A stretch of 62,670 bases of DNA from Firmicutes bacterium UBA4996 (GTDB lineage: Bacteria; Bacillota; Limnochordia; Darwinibacteriales; Darwinibacteriaceae): contig DGYW01000058.1 in the NCBI GenBank assembly GCA_002396805.1, positions 118,747 through 181,416 of the forward strand. Reading direction: 5' to 3'. Positions 36,788-47,265 of this stretch are shown one piece after another (the stretch's first letter is position 1; every line of letters begins with the position of its first letter). Under the pieces are notes generated by a model. That model did no database searches and was not told the DNA's origin. It was given only the letters and a program-made list of their open reading frames with translations. Made by a program: the position numbers and the translations under genes.

Positions 36788-38025
36788 GTGTATTGAGAAT
36801 CGTTGTGCAGAAGTTTGGTGGAAGCTCCCTAGCTAATGCTTCGATACGGAACGAAGCCCTACAGCGGGTGTGGGAAGCGGTAGAGCTTGGCTTAACGCCA
36901 GTTGTGGTTGTTTCGGCTATGGGGCGCGGGGGGGATCCCTATGCAACCGACACTTTGCTGAGCTTGCTCTACGAAGTCAATCCTGAAGCGGATGTTGTTA
37001 ATACGGATCTGCTGTTGTCTTGTGGTGAAATCATTTCGGCTGCGATTTTCGCCGTGGGGTTACAAAAACTGGGTCTACCAGCAGTTGCCCTAACTGGTTG
37101 GCAATCGGGTATTTACACAGACGACGTTCATCTAGGCGCTAGGGTTCAGGCTGTACATGCCGAGAAAATCTGGGATGTTCTAAAAGCTGGTAAAATTCCT
37201 GTGGTAGCTGGCTTTCAAGGGGTGACCGCACAAGGGACCATTACTACTCTAGGTCGAGGTGGTAGTGACACGACCGCGGCTGTGTTGGGTGTAGTCTTAC
37301 AAGCGGAACGAGTGGAAATTTTCACCGATGTGGATGGAATCAAGACCGCGGATCCTCAGTTAATTCCTGATGCCCCAACCCTAAGGGTGTTATCATATCG
37401 GGAGGTTGTGGAATTGGCGCACATGGGGGCTAAGGTGCTTCATCCTCGGGCGGCCGAGATTACTATGGAGGAAGGTATTCCTATTCAAGTCCTGTCCGTA
37501 ACCCAGTCTAGCGGAGGTACGATGATCGGACATGGTGTGAAGACCAAGGGTGGATTCGGTTCTGAGCCGGTTTTGGATCGGGTTGTTACTGGCATTGCAC
37601 ACCTTGGCAAAAGGGCTCAGGTTAAGATCGCAGGATTGCAAGATTTTCATAGTTCGGGTTTGGGACCCCAGATTTTCCAGAGGTTGGCCACCGCAGGGGT
37701 CAGTGTAGATTTGATTTTTATGTCCCCCGATCTGATAGCCTTTGTGATCGATGAAACCAAGATGGAAGTAACACAAAATGTTTTGACCCCCTTAGACTTA
37801 AATGTTAAGATCAAGAAGGGTTTTGCCAAAGTATCGGTTGTTGGGGCCGGTATGCATGGGGTGCCAGGGGTTATGGCCAGGGTCGTGAATTGCCTAGAAC
37901 GTGAGGGCGTTCAGATTTTCCAAACCACGGACTCCCACGCTAATATTTCTTGTTTGGTCTTAGAAGAACATATACCACAGGCCGTACAGGCATTGTATCG
38001 AGAATTTAGTCTTGATCGAATTTAG
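36784..38025 (+). CDS. dapG: aspartate kinase (DapG-type)
   Basis: 413 aa. VQKFGGSS, GRGGSDTTA, and C-terminal ACT repeats. Confidence 0.92.
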   Translation: MSVLRIVVQKFGGSSLANASIRNEALQRVWEAVELGLTPVVVVSAMGRGGDPYATDTLLSLLYEVNPEADVVNTDLLLSCGEIISAAIFAVGLQKLGLPAVALTGWQSGIYTDDVHLGARVQAVHAEKIWDVLKAGKIPVVAGFQGVTAQGTITTLGRGGSDTTAAVLGVVLQAERVEIFTDVDGIKTADPQLIPDAPTLRVLSYREVVELAHMGAKVLHPRAAEITMEEGIPIQVLSVTQSSGGTMIGHGVKTKGGFGSEPVLDRVVTGIAHLGKRAQVKIAGLQDFHSSGLGPQIFQRLATAGVSVDLIFMSPDLIAFVIDETKMEVTQNVLTPLDLNVKIKKGFAKVSVVGAGMHGVPGVMARVVNCLEREGVQIFQTTDSHANISCLVLEEHIPQAVQALYREFSLDRI

Positions 38026-38037
38026 GAGGTTTCAATA

Positions 38038-38919
38038 ATGAAGTCAGGTCAGCTTATTACCGCTATGATTACCCCCATGCAGAAGGATGGTTCGGTCAAT
38101 TACAGAGCCGCGGTAGAATTAGCACAACGGTTAGGGGAAAATGGGTCAGATGGGGTAGTGCTCAGCGGTACCACAGGCGAAAGTCCAACATTGAGTTTTG
38201 AAGAAAAAACTAAACTGTTTTCGGAAGTAACTGACGCCCTCGGCGGTCAGTTGGAGATTATTGCAGGCACTGGTTCTAATAGTACCGAGGAGACCATAGC
38301 CCTGACTAAGGCCGCTGAAACGGCTGGGGTAGATGGAATCATGCTAGTCACTCCCTATTACAACAAACCATCTCAAGGGGGACTCTATGAGCATTTTAAG
38401 GAAGTGGCGAGCAATACCTCTTTGCCAGTTATGCTCTATAATGTTCCAGGGAGAACTAGCGTAAACTTATTGCCGGAGACGGTGGCAAAACTTGCCCAAA
38501 TAGATAATATCGTCGCCATAAAGGAAGCCAGTGGTAATCTAGAACAAGTTAGTGTATTAAAGACTTTGGTCCCAGGGGATTTTCTCATTTATTCTGGTGA
38601 CGATGCCTTAACGTTGCCCGTTTTAGCTGTGGGTGGGGCTGGGGTTGTGAGTGTCGTCTCTCATTTAGTAGGTAGGGAAATTAAAGCCATGATTCAAGCT
38701 TTTTCTGCAGGTAAAGTCGGGGAGGCTCTAGATATTCACTTACAGTTGATGCCCCTGTTCAAGGCCATGTTCTTAACCACTAATCCCGTTCCCGTGAAGC
38801 GAGCTTTGGAGTATGTGGGAGTGGAGACTGGGCCCCTGCGATTACCCTTGGTGGATCTAACAGAGGCTGAAAGCCAGACCATCAAAGAAGTGCTCTTCAA
38901 AGTGGGATTACGCTCTTAG
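38038..38919 (+). CDS. dapA: 4-hydroxy-tetrahydrodipicolinate synthase
   Basis: 293 aa. [17 protein letters not shown], and the IKEASG Schiff-base lysine motif. Confidence 0.95.
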   Translation: MKSGQLITAMITPMQKDGSVNYRAAVELAQRLGENGSDGVVLSGTTGESPTLSFEEKTKLFSEVTDALGGQLEIIAGTGSNSTEETIALTKAAETAGVDGIMLVTPYYNKPSQGGLYEHFKEVASNTSLPVMLYNVPGRTSVNLLPETVAKLAQIDNIVAIKEASGNLEQVSVLKTLVPGDFLIYSGDDALTLPVLAVGGAGVVSVVSHLVGREIKAMIQAFSAGKVGEALDIHLQLMPLFKAMFLTTNPVPVKRALEYVGVETGPLRLPLVDLTEAESQTIKEVLFKVGLRS

Positions 38920-38932
38920 AATTAGGTTATAA

Positions 38933-38967
38933 AGCCTCCCCTTGGTGATCCCAAGTGGAGGTTTTTG
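38933..38967 (+). terminator. intrinsic terminator after dapA
   Basis: CCTCCCCTTGG / CCAAGTGGAGG stem (one mismatch), loop TGATC, then TTTTT. Confidence 0.7.
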
Positions 38968-39003
38968 CATGGCTAACATAATGGAGAAAGAAGCGAACTT
39001 GCA

Positions 39004-40374
39004 ATGCTGACCAAACCCAGGGATCTAGATATGTCCAATGGACCGTTAGTTAGGACACTAATAATTTTTGCCTTGCCGATTATGGCCATGAATATTCTGC
39101 AACTACTGTTCAATGCGGCTGATATGATAATTGTTGGACGGTTTTCCAGTAGTGAAGCTTTGGCTGCTGTTGGGGCCACAGGATACCTTATCAATCTACT
39201 AGTTAACCTATTTATGGGCTTGTCTATAGGGACAAGCGTGGTTGTGGCACAGGATTATGGAGCAGACAAGAGGGACGGTGTGCGCCGTACTGTCCATACT
39301 TCCATTACCATTAGTACAATTGGTGGAATTTTCGTCATGGTTTTGGGTTTGGCTACCTGCGAGCCCCTGCTCCATATGATGGGCACACCAGAGGACATAA
39401 TCCATTTGTCAGTGTTGTATATGAAAATCTATTTTTTGGGTTTGCCTGCGTCCATGGTTTACAATTTCGGCGCCGCTATCTTGCGGGCAACCGGTAACAG
39501 CCAAACTCCCATGGTAATTTTGGTGATAACCGGAATTTTTAACGTGCTATTAAATATGTTTTTTGTGCTTGTGTTGCACATGAGCGTGGACGGAGTTGCC
39601 TTGGCAACAGTAATTTCTCAATATCTCTCCCTAATTCTCATCATGAGAAGCCTAATTAAGAGCGAGAGTTCGATTCGCTTTAAATTCCAAGAGCTTGGTG
39701 TTGACCCGACTAAGCTTAGAGACATAGTGCGAATCGGTCTTCCTGCGGGTCTACAGGCTCTGCTCTTTTCGCTCTCAAATGTACTCATCCAATCTGCGGT
39801 AAATTCTTTTGGCTCTGTCATGGTAGCGGCGAGCTCCGCCGCGGATAATGTTGAAGGTTTTTTAGATACCACTATGAATGCCTATTATAATGCTGCAGTT
39901 ATCATTACGGGGCACAACATGGGAGCTCGGAAATACGACCGTATTGACTCGATTGCCAAGGTTTGCGCAGGAATGATCCTTACTACTTGGATCGTGTTAG
40001 GTGGCGGAATTCTTGTTTTCGGCCGAACCTTGCTAGGCTTCTACACGCTTAATCCAGAAGTTGTTGAACTGGGCATACTAAGGATGAGACTTTTTATGGG
40101 TGCTTACTTCGCTTTTGGAACGATGACAGTATTTCCAGGTTTAAGCCGCGGGATGGGTTATTCTGTCCTACCTATGCTTTGGACGTTGGTAGGGGTTTGC
40201 TTGATGAGAATTGTCTGGTTGGTCACGGTTTTTGCTTGGCGTCCCACCATAATGGTACTGTTCGCTTGTTACCCGGTTACTTGGATCTTGACGGGGATTG
40301 GTCAAGTTGCTATTTTCTTCTATGCCCGGCACCAGGTCCGGAGTGATGTAGACTCTAGTTTTTCTGTTATTTGA
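39004..40374 (+). CDS. MATE family efflux transporter
   Basis: 456 aa, ~12 TM. N-terminal GPLVRTLIIFALPIMAMNILQLLFNAADMIIVGRF is typical of MATE. Confidence 0.85.
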   Translation: MLTKPRDLDMSNGPLVRTLIIFALPIMAMNILQLLFNAADMIIVGRFSSSEALAAVGATGYLINLLVNLFMGLSIGTSVVVAQDYGADKRDGVRRTVHTSITISTIGGIFVMVLGLATCEPLLHMMGTPEDIIHLSVLYMKIYFLGLPASMVYNFGAAILRATGNSQTPMVILVITGIFNVLLNMFFVLVLHMSVDGVALATVISQYLSLILIMRSLIKSESSIRFKFQELGVDPTKLRDIVRIGLPAGLQALLFSLSNVLIQSAVNSFGSVMVAASSAADNVEGFLDTTMNAYYNAAVIITGHNMGARKYDRIDSIAKVCAGMILTTWIVLGGGILVFGRTLLGFYTLNPEVVELGILRMRLFMGAYFAFGTMTVFPGLSRGMGYSVLPMLWTLVGVCLMRIVWLVTVFAWRPTIMVLFACYPVTWILTGIGQVAIFFYARHQVRSDVDSSFSVI

Positions 40375-40514
40375 TTATTTGGCCCAAGCTGTGTATAATA
40401 TAAGAATGCATGACTTGTTCGGTTTGGCGCAATTCGACCACCTAATTGGCCGGCGGTGGTTAAATTACTTAAAGCTCAATCAAAGTCATAGTTTATGGAG
40501 GTGTATAGAACTGC

Positions 40515-42179
40515 ATGACCAAAGAAAATAATATACGTTTGGTTCCCTTGGGTGGACTAGGCGAAATCGGTAAAAACATGATGGTAGTAGAGATCGGAGA
40601 CGATCTAGCCATTATTGATGCCGGTGTGATGTTTCCCGAAGAGGATATGCCTGGTGTGGATCTAGTTATTCCAGACATCACTTATCTACTAGATAACGCT
40701 AGTCGGGTAAAGGGGATTTTCCTCACCCATGGACACGAGGACCATATTGGAGGCGTACCCTATGTGCTACGCCATTTGAACGTGCCTGTGTATGGCACAA
40801 GGTTAACCCTGGGATTATTGCGGGTTAAGCTAATTGAACATGGTTTGGAGCGAAGTGCTGATCTGCGAGAAATTAGCGCTGGTCAGAGAATCCAAGTAGG
40901 CAATTTTGATGTGGAATTTATCCACGTTAATCATAGCATCGCGGGTGTTGTGGCTTTAGCCTTCCACACTCCGCTGGGAGCTATCGTCCATTGTAGTGAC
41001 TTTAAGTTTGATCAGACTCCCTATGATGGAAATGTGGCTGATTTTTACAAGTTCGCTCACCTGGGTAAACAAGGGGTCTTGTGTTTACTTTCCGACTCTA
41101 CTAACGCGGAGCGGCCTGGTTACACAGCTTCCGAAAGAAAGGTAGGCGAAACTTTTCAACAGCTCTTCGGCAACGCTGAAGGGCGGATTCTAGTGGCCAC
41201 CTTTGCCTCGAACGTACATCGCATTCAGCAAATTTTTGATGCTGCAGTCCGTGAGGGGCGCTATGTCAGCGTTACCGGTCGTAGTATGATTAGGGTGGTG
41301 GAGGTTGCAAGTGAATTAGGCTATCTCGACATCCCCGAAGGTACCTTGGTAGAACTGGATCAATTAGACCGTCTACCTCGGGAAAAATCCGTAATTATTA
41401 CGACTGGGAGCCAAGGTGAACCTATGTCTGCCTTGAGCCGCATGGCTATGGCAGAGCACAATCGCATTTCGATCGCTCCAGGCGATACAGTAATCATTTC
41501 AGCTTCGCCCATTCCAGGTAATGAAAAGTCTGTAGGACGCATTATTAACCAGCTCTTCAAAGAGGGGGCCAATGTAATTTACGAGCCTCATCTTGGAGTG
41601 CACACTTCTGGTCACGCCCAACAGGAAGAGTTAAAACTCTTGCTTAACTTGTGTAAGCCCCGCTACTTCATTCCCATTCATGGTGAGCATCGTATGCTCC
41701 TCAAGCACGCGGAATTAGCAGAAGCCACGGGGATGCACAAGGAAAATATAATTATTAGCGAAATCGGACTTCCCATAGAGTTTGCTGCAGAAGGAGTGCA
41801 GATTAAGGATCGGGTAGTCTCTGGCCAAGTTTTTGTAGATGGACTAGGCGTTGGTGATGTGGGGAATATTGTCCTAAGAGATCGCCGTCAACTGTCTACC
41901 GATGGTATTTTGATTGTGGTCGTAACTGTAAATAAACAATCTGGCAAAGTTGTGGCGGGTCCAGACATAGTCTCTCGGGGCTTTGTCTACGTGCGTGAGT
42001 CCGAGGAGTTGATGGAGGCGGCGCGTCTTAAGGCTAAGGATGCCTTGGATGCATGCGTTGCCCAGAATCAGACTGATTGGGGCGCCCTGAAGAGTGCCGT
42101 TAGGGACTCTTTGAATCGCTATGTTTGGGAGAAGACCAAGAGAAGGCCAATGATTCTTCCCATCATTATGGAAATTTAG
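40515..42179 (+). CDS. rnj: ribonuclease J
   Basis: 554 aa. LGGLGEIGKNM, the metallo-beta-lactamase motif THGHEDHIGG, and a beta-CASP domain. Confidence 0.95.
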   Translation: MTKENNIRLVPLGGLGEIGKNMMVVEIGDDLAIIDAGVMFPEEDMPGVDLVIPDITYLLDNASRVKGIFLTHGHEDHIGGVPYVLRHLNVPVYGTRLTLGLLRVKLIEHGLERSADLREISAGQRIQVGNFDVEFIHVNHSIAGVVALAFHTPLGAIVHCSDFKFDQTPYDGNVADFYKFAHLGKQGVLCLLSDSTNAERPGYTASERKVGETFQQLFGNAEGRILVATFASNVHRIQQIFDAAVREGRYVSVTGRSMIRVVEVASELGYLDIPEGTLVELDQLDRLPREKSVIITTGSQGEPMSALSRMAMAEHNRISIAPGDTVIISASPIPGNEKSVGRIINQLFKEGANVIYEPHLGVHTSGHAQQEELKLLLNLCKPRYFIPIHGEHRMLLKHAELAEATGMHKENIIISEIGLPIEFAAEGVQIKDRVVSGQVFVDGLGVGDVGNIVLRDRRQLSTDGILIVVVTVNKQSGKVVAGPDIVSRGFVYVRESEELMEAARLKAKDALDACVAQNQTDWGALKSAVRDSLNRYVWEKTKRRPMILPIIMEI

Positions 42180-42196
42180 CGCAGCCATGTTTAGAG

Positions 42197-42237
42197 TTCC
42201 TCCTTTCTTATCATAATAACTGATAGGGAAGGAGGAA
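42197..42237 (+). promoter_or_regulatory. anti-Shine-Dalgarno hairpin upstream of the tepA-like gene
   Basis: TTCCTCCTT (42197-42205) is the exact complement of AAGGAGGAA (42229-42237), which is the RBS 5 nt before ATG 42243. 23-nt loop. Confidence 0.45.
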
Positions 42238-42242
42238 TTTTC

Positions 42243-42953
42243 ATGTCCGAGAAACCAGGACTTCCTCAGGAAGAAGTGACACTGCAAACCATCAAAGAAC
42301 TAGGCCAAGCGGAAGTGGCGCAGGTCTCACCTGAAGTAGAAACGCAACCGTTTCACTGTCTAACGATTATTGGCCAGATTGAGGGCCATATGGTCTTACC
42401 TCCTCGCAACAAAACCACGAAATATGAGCATGTTATTCCCCAATTAGTGGCAATTGAGCAAAACCCCAAGATCAAAGGTCTCTTAGTGGTACTAAATACG
42501 GTGGGAGGAGATATCGAAGCGGGTTTAGCCATTGCAGAAATGTTGAAAACAATGAGCACACCTACAGTTTCTTTAGTCTTGGGTGGGGGTCACTCCATTG
42601 GGGCTCCAATCGCGGTGGCCGCAGACTACTCCGTCATTTCTGCAACGGCCACAATGACCATTCACCCTATCCGGTTGAGTGGTTTAGTGATTGGGGTACC
42701 TCAAACTTATGAGTATTTGGATAAGATGCAAGATAGGGTAATTCGGTTCATTGTAGAGCATTCGCGGGTTAGTACAGAGGTGTTGCGAGATATGATGTTT
42801 CGCACCGGCGAGCTCGTGCGGGATGTGGGCACCGTCTTGGTCGGAGAAGAAGCGGTACGGGTGGGCCTGATTAACGAAGTGGGGGGTGTGGGTACGGCTC
42901 TGAGTCGTCTTTCACAAATGGTCTCCCAACGTTCGGTGGAGGGAGTGCAATAA
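42243..42953 (+). CDS. tepA: ClpP-family protein TepA-like (translocation-enhancing protein)
   Basis: 236 aa. ClpP/crotonase-fold pattern ([22 protein letters not shown]...[11 protein letters not shown]). rnj-tepA-ylzJ synteny as in Bacillus. Confidence 0.78.
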   Translation: MSEKPGLPQEEVTLQTIKELGQAEVAQVSPEVETQPFHCLTIIGQIEGHMVLPPRNKTTKYEHVIPQLVAIEQNPKIKGLLVVLNTVGGDIEAGLAIAEMLKTMSTPTVSLVLGGGHSIGAPIAVAADYSVISATATMTIHPIRLSGLVIGVPQTYEYLDKMQDRVIRFIVEHSRVSTEVLRDMMFRTGELVRDVGTVLVGEEAVRVGLINEVGGVGTALSRLSQMVSQRSVEGVQ

Positions 42954-43162
42954 TGTTGTATACAGTAGTGCCAATAGACGATGTTCTAGAAGGCATGGAA
43001 GAAGAACCTGCACCCACCATGGAATTAATCGTCGGTGGAGTACTGATGGAATTGGAACCACAGGGGGATTTTCAAGCTAAAGTAGTGCGGATAATCAGTT
43101 CTGACCCCCAAGATTATCTTGCTAGCCAGCACCAACCAGGATCTATAGTTCGCTGGACATAG
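42953..43162 (+). CDS. ylzJ: YlzJ-like protein
   Basis: 69 aa. [14 protein letters not shown]..., abutting tepA (ATG starts the nt after the tepA TAA stop). Confidence 0.65.
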   Translation: MLYTVVPIDDVLEGMEEEPAPTMELIVGGVLMELEPQGDFQAKVVRIISSDPQDYLASQHQPGSIVRWT

Positions 43163-43196
43163 TCTAAGCCCAAGGGGATTTTCATATGGTTCTCGT

Positions 43197-44147
43197 ATGA
43201 AAATCTTTTTGTTTTTCTCTGGATTTGTTGTTGGCATGGGAATCTTTCTATTGGGGTTAAGGCTAATGGGCACCGCCCTAGAGAGTGTCTTAGGCCATCG
43301 CCTCCGTATCCTATTAACGGGTCTTACTGCCACAAAAGGACGGAGTGTAGTGGCAGGCATGCTCGGTACTGTTCTAGTACAAAGCAGTAGTGCTATCGCC
43401 TCCGCCATGGTTATTTTGGTGGACAATGGTGTTCTTTCCATATCCCAGGCGTTTGGTGTAATTTTGGGTGCAAATATTGGCACTACTTTCACCGCACAGA
43501 TCATTGCTTTTCCTTTAGGAGTTGTGGCCTGGCCCCTGTTAGTTGGCGGCTTACTTCTATTTTGTTTGCGGAGGACTCGTTCTGTGGGCCTCGCAGTTTT
43601 TGGACTTGGGGCTCTTTTTTATGGTCTTACCGTGACCACTAGTAGCCTAAGTCCTCTTCTAGAGTACCCTCTGGTGAAACAAACCCTCATCAAGCTAACA
43701 AATACCCCTGCACAAGCCATTCTCGTTGGCATATTGCTGACAGCCCTAGTACAGTCTAGTAGTGCCATAACAGGCTTGGTGGTTAGTCTGGTAAGTCTCA
43801 ATTCACTCTCTCTAGGAGCCGCAGTGGGCTTGGCCTTAGGTAGCAATATTGGGACCGTAGTGACCACATTGATAGCAGGTTTTGGTAGAGAGCGGTCCAG
43901 TAAAGCGACTGCCTATGCCGATCTCTTGTTTAATTTAGGGGGAGTGCTTTTGATTCTACCAGTTTTCCCTCTGTTTTTACGCGCCATCAGCTATACCTCG
44001 ATCTACCCTGCCCGTCAAGTAGCTAATGCTCACACACTCTTTAACGCGATCACAGCCTTACTTGCTGTGCCCTTTTTAGATTATCTTGCGGGAGTAGCAT
44101 GGTGGTGGGCAGGAATACGCAGGGGAAACACGAATAATAAAGGTTGA
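43197..44147 (+). CDS. Na/Pi cotransporter family protein
   Basis: 316 aa polytopic. Duplicated QSSSA(I/T) and GANIGTT / GSNIGTV motifs. Confidence 0.8.
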   Translation: MKIFLFFSGFVVGMGIFLLGLRLMGTALESVLGHRLRILLTGLTATKGRSVVAGMLGTVLVQSSSAIASAMVILVDNGVLSISQAFGVILGANIGTTFTAQIIAFPLGVVAWPLLVGGLLLFCLRRTRSVGLAVFGLGALFYGLTVTTSSLSPLLEYPLVKQTLIKLTNTPAQAILVGILLTALVQSSSAITGLVVSLVSLNSLSLGAAVGLALGSNIGTVVTTLIAGFGRERSSKATAYADLLFNLGGVLLILPVFPLFLRAISYTSIYPARQVANAHTLFNAITALLAVPFLDYLAGVAWWWAGIRRGNTNNKG

Positions 44148-44157
44148 TCGAAGGGGA

Positions 44158-44988
44158 GTGTGGTTAGTGTCAACTGTTAAAGCTATTTTTCTAGGGGTTA
44201 TCCAAGGTCTAACTGAATTCTTGCCAGTGAGTTCTTCTGGTCATCTGGTTTTGTTTTCTCAATTATTGAAGGTACAAGAACCTTCTTTGGTTTTTGAAGT
44301 AATGGTCCACGTAGGCACTTTAGTTGCGGTCCTAGTGGTCTTTCGCTCAGAAGTGGTGCTTTTAATCTCCTCGTTTTTTAAGCTCGTGAGCAAACCCAAG
44401 CAAGCCAAGCAGTTGGTTCAAACCGATCCAGGTTGTGCTCTATTGTGGGGGTTAATCCTGGCCACCTTACCTGTAGTGTTTGTAGCTTTAGCGTTTAAAG
44501 ATTACATAGAAAATCTGTTTATGAGTAGTCTCTTTGTAGGCTTCATGCTCCTGATTACGGGGACAATTTTATACTTGAGTCAGCGTCATGAGACTGGTGG
44601 GAAAGACCTAGCTAAGCTATCTTCTCTTGATGCTCTACTTGTGGGTGTGGGTCAAGCGGTGGCTGTTTTCCCAGGTATTTCCCGGTCTGGAACAACCATT
44701 GCAGTGGGTCTAACTAGGGGTCTGGATAGAGATAGTGCCGCACGCTTGTCTTTTTTGCTATCCATTCCAGCAATTCTAGGGGCTCTGGTATTTTCGCTCG
44801 ATGATCTATTTGGGGGGGCCACAACCATTGGGACCGGCCCCTTGATAGCAGGATTGTTGGCCTCAGCTGTTACAGGATATTTAGCTATTCATTTGTTGTT
44901 GGATCTCATTAAGAGGGGAAAACTGGTGTGGTTCTCTTATTACACATGGTTTATTGGTACTTTAGTGATTCTCCTCAGTATTCTCTAG
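44158..44988 (+). CDS. uppP: undecaprenyl-diphosphate phosphatase
   Basis: 276 aa. QGLTEFLPVSSSGHL and PGISRSGTTI motifs. Confidence 0.92.
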   Translation: MWLVSTVKAIFLGVIQGLTEFLPVSSSGHLVLFSQLLKVQEPSLVFEVMVHVGTLVAVLVVFRSEVVLLISSFFKLVSKPKQAKQLVQTDPGCALLWGLILATLPVVFVALAFKDYIENLFMSSLFVGFMLLITGTILYLSQRHETGGKDLAKLSSLDALLVGVGQAVAVFPGISRSGTTIAVGLTRGLDRDSAARLSFLLSIPAILGALVFSLDDLFGGATTIGTGPLIAGLLASAVTGYLAIHLLLDLIKRGKLVWFSYYTWFIGTLVILLSIL

Positions 44989-45018
44989 GGTTTTAGGGGC
45001 AGGAAAAAGATTGACAAG

Positions 45019-45711
45019 GTGGAATTTATGACTATTAAGGATAATTTGGAACATGTACAGCAGAGAATTAGACAAGCTACCTTGCGTAGCGGGCGTGACG
45101 AATCGGCTGTACAATTAGTAGGTGTTACGAAGTTTGCTAACGATGACGCGGTTCAAGAACTATTGGATGCCGGGTTATGTGTCTTTGGAGAAAATCGGAT
45201 TCAAAATGCAACCAAGCGTCTTGAAAGGTTTCCTGATGCTAACTGGCATTTCATCGGTAGTTTGCAGACTAATAAGGTTCGTTATTGCGAGCAGTTTGAA
45301 CTAATTCATTCTTTAGATCGTTGGAGTTTGGCACGGGCTTTAAATGCTCGTGCAGATCATTGGGGCAAAGTTCAAGATGTGTTAATCCAGGTAAATGTCT
45401 CGGGAGAAGAGAGCAAGAGCGGCTTAGATCCCAGCGAAGTAAAGAGCTTTGCAGAGAAGGTGTTGCAGAAGTGTCCCCTTGTGAAGGTTCGGGGTTTAAT
45501 GACAATGGCCCCGTTTATTGAAGCGGAGAAAACTCGCCCCATCTTTCGGAAGACGAAGCAGCTGTATGACAGTCTACAGCAAGAACTTGGAGTGACTTGG
45601 GACACTTTATCTATGGGCATGACGAATGACTTTGAAGTAGCTATTGAAGAAGGAGCCACGTTGGTACGCATCGGATCGGCCCTGTTTGCGAAGGAGGATG
45701 AGGATGAGTGA
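45019..45711 (+). CDS. yggS: YggS/YlmE family pyridoxal phosphate homeostasis protein
   Basis: 230 aa. LVGVTKF (PLP lysine), WHFIGSLQTNK, and MGMTNDFEVAIEEGATLVRIGSALF. Confidence 0.9.
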   Translation: MEFMTIKDNLEHVQQRIRQATLRSGRDESAVQLVGVTKFANDDAVQELLDAGLCVFGENRIQNATKRLERFPDANWHFIGSLQTNKVRYCEQFELIHSLDRWSLARALNARADHWGKVQDVLIQVNVSGEESKSGLDPSEVKSFAEKVLQKCPLVKVRGLMTMAPFIEAEKTRPIFRKTKQLYDSLQQELGVTWDTLSMGMTNDFEVAIEEGATLVRIGSALFAKEDEDE

Positions 45712-46183
45712 CTTTGTAGACAAGTTAAAAGTTCTACTGGGGGTCAAAGAGGATTACACAGATGATGAGCAATCGGTAATACTGCAGCACTCCGTGGAAG
45801 ATGATGTAGTACCCTTGCGTCGTGAACGCTCGAAAAAACAAGGGGGAGAACCCCGCCCAACAGCAAAGCCTAACTTGGTGGGCTTAGCGGGGGGACAGAC
45901 GGGACAGAGTAAGATGTATATTGTGGAACCGAGAGCCTTCGAAGATGTGAAATCTTATGTGCAGCATCTGAAGAATCGTAAGTCTTTAATTATGCGTCTG
46001 CACCTGGTAAACAAAGGAGAGGCGCAGCGCATAGTGGATTTCATGAGCGGTACAACACATGCTTTAGATGGAAATATGCGGAAGTTAGGTGAGACGATTT
46101 TTTGCTTTACTCCGCCGTCAGTTGTAATTGAAGGTGATTTGGAGGCGGACTTTTTTGAGATGATTAAGAATGAAGGTGACTAG
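45704..46183 (+). CDS. sepF: cell division protein SepF
   Basis: MSDFVDKLKVLLG..., then the conserved IVEPRAFEDVKSYVQHLKNRKSLIMRL core. ATG 45704 follows AAGGAGG. Confidence 0.9.
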   Translation: MSDFVDKLKVLLGVKEDYTDDEQSVILQHSVEDDVVPLRRERSKKQGGEPRPTAKPNLVGLAGGQTGQSKMYIVEPRAFEDVKSYVQHLKNRKSLIMRLHLVNKGEAQRIVDFMSGTTHALDGNMRKLGETIFCFTPPSVVIEGDLEADFFEMIKNEGD

Positions 46184-46456
46184 GTGCTGATCATAAACAT
46201 CGTTGATATTCTCTTTCAAGCGTACTGGTGGATGTTGATGGCAAGATTTCTGATCACTTGGCTACCTAACGTAAATTTCGGTCATCCCATTATTCAATTC
46301 TTGTACAGGGTGACAGATCCTGTGGTGAAGCCGTTTGAGGGCATTATCCCCCCCTACGGGAGTGTGGATTTTTCGCCTCTAATCCTTTTTTTAGTGTTGC
46401 GTTTAATGTATCCTCTAGTGCGTACGCTGTTGGTCCAGCTTTTGTTGCTGTTCTAG
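46184..46456 (+). CDS. yggT: YggT family membrane protein
   Basis: 90 aa. ARFLITWLP...VTDPVVKPF...G.VDFSPLILF is the YggT pattern. Confidence 0.8.
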   Translation: MLIINIVDILFQAYWWMLMARFLITWLPNVNFGHPIIQFLYRVTDPVVKPFEGIIPPYGSVDFSPLILFLVLRLMYPLVRTLLVQLLLLF

Positions 46457-46475
46457 AGAAAGGGCGGAGAATTAC

Positions 46476-47261
46476 TTGAACAAAGAACAACTTTTAGGGC
46501 ATCTGCGGGGTGAGAGTGAGGCGGTGATTGGTAGCCATGTGCTAGATTTGGCTCGGATCGCTTGGGAAACCAACCGTCCTCAAACCACAGACTTTTATGA
46601 TCCCTATGAGCGAAAGGTTGCCCAAAGTGTCCTTGGTGGTATCCCCGAGGTGGGAGTAATTTACCAAGGAGGCTATAAACAGGCCGAACGGGCCCGCTTA
46701 GTTATTTATCCTCAGTTTTACTTAATGGAAACCATAGCATCATCCATACGTGTCTTGGAAGCTCAAGGCAATTTTTCCTTTCAAGAAATTGGCCATGGAG
46801 ATTATTTGGGCTCGATTCTAGGCACTGGTCTAAAACGGTCTAAGATTGGAGATCTGATTATTCTTCAAAATGGTTGTCAGGCGGTGGTCGCGACTGAAGT
46901 GGCCGACTATCTCTTGAGTAACTGGACCCAAGTGCATCGCGTGTCGATTACCCTTAAGGAAATCGATGAAGAACAATTGGCTGTAGAACCTGAACGAATA
47001 AAGGAGATCAAGACAACCGTTGCTTCTTTGCGTCTAGATGCTGTCGCTGCTGAAGGGTACAGTACTTCTCGATCCAAAATGGTCCGGGAGATCAAGGCAG
47101 AAAAAGTTAAATTAAACTGGAAGCCCGTGAACAATCCAGCCCTCACTATTTCTCAGGGGGATGTACTTTCTATTCGCGGACGGGGGCGGGTCCTAGTTTC
47201 TGAAGTGGGAGGTACGACTCGTAAAGGTCGTACTAGTATAGTCTTACATCGCTATTTTTAA
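46476..47261 (+). CDS. ylmH: S4-domain RNA-binding protein YlmH
   Basis: 261 aa. FYDPYERKV N-terminal region and a C-terminal S4 domain (LRLDAVAAEGYSTSRSKMVREIKAEKVKLN). Confidence 0.8.
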   Translation: MNKEQLLGHLRGESEAVIGSHVLDLARIAWETNRPQTTDFYDPYERKVAQSVLGGIPEVGVIYQGGYKQAERARLVIYPQFYLMETIASSIRVLEAQGNFSFQEIGHGDYLGSILGTGLKRSKIGDLIILQNGCQAVVATEVADYLLSNWTQVHRVSITLKEIDEEQLAVEPERIKEIKTTVASLRLDAVAAEGYSTSRSKMVREIKAEKVKLNWKPVNNPALTISQGDVLSIRGRGRVLVSEVGGTTRKGRTSIVLHRYF

Positions 47262-47265
47262 GGAG

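Noticed and set aside
43025-43504. 159-aa minus-strand ORF over ylzJ and the Na/Pi transporter start.
   Set aside because: It is antisense to well-supported genes and shows no recognisable motifs.
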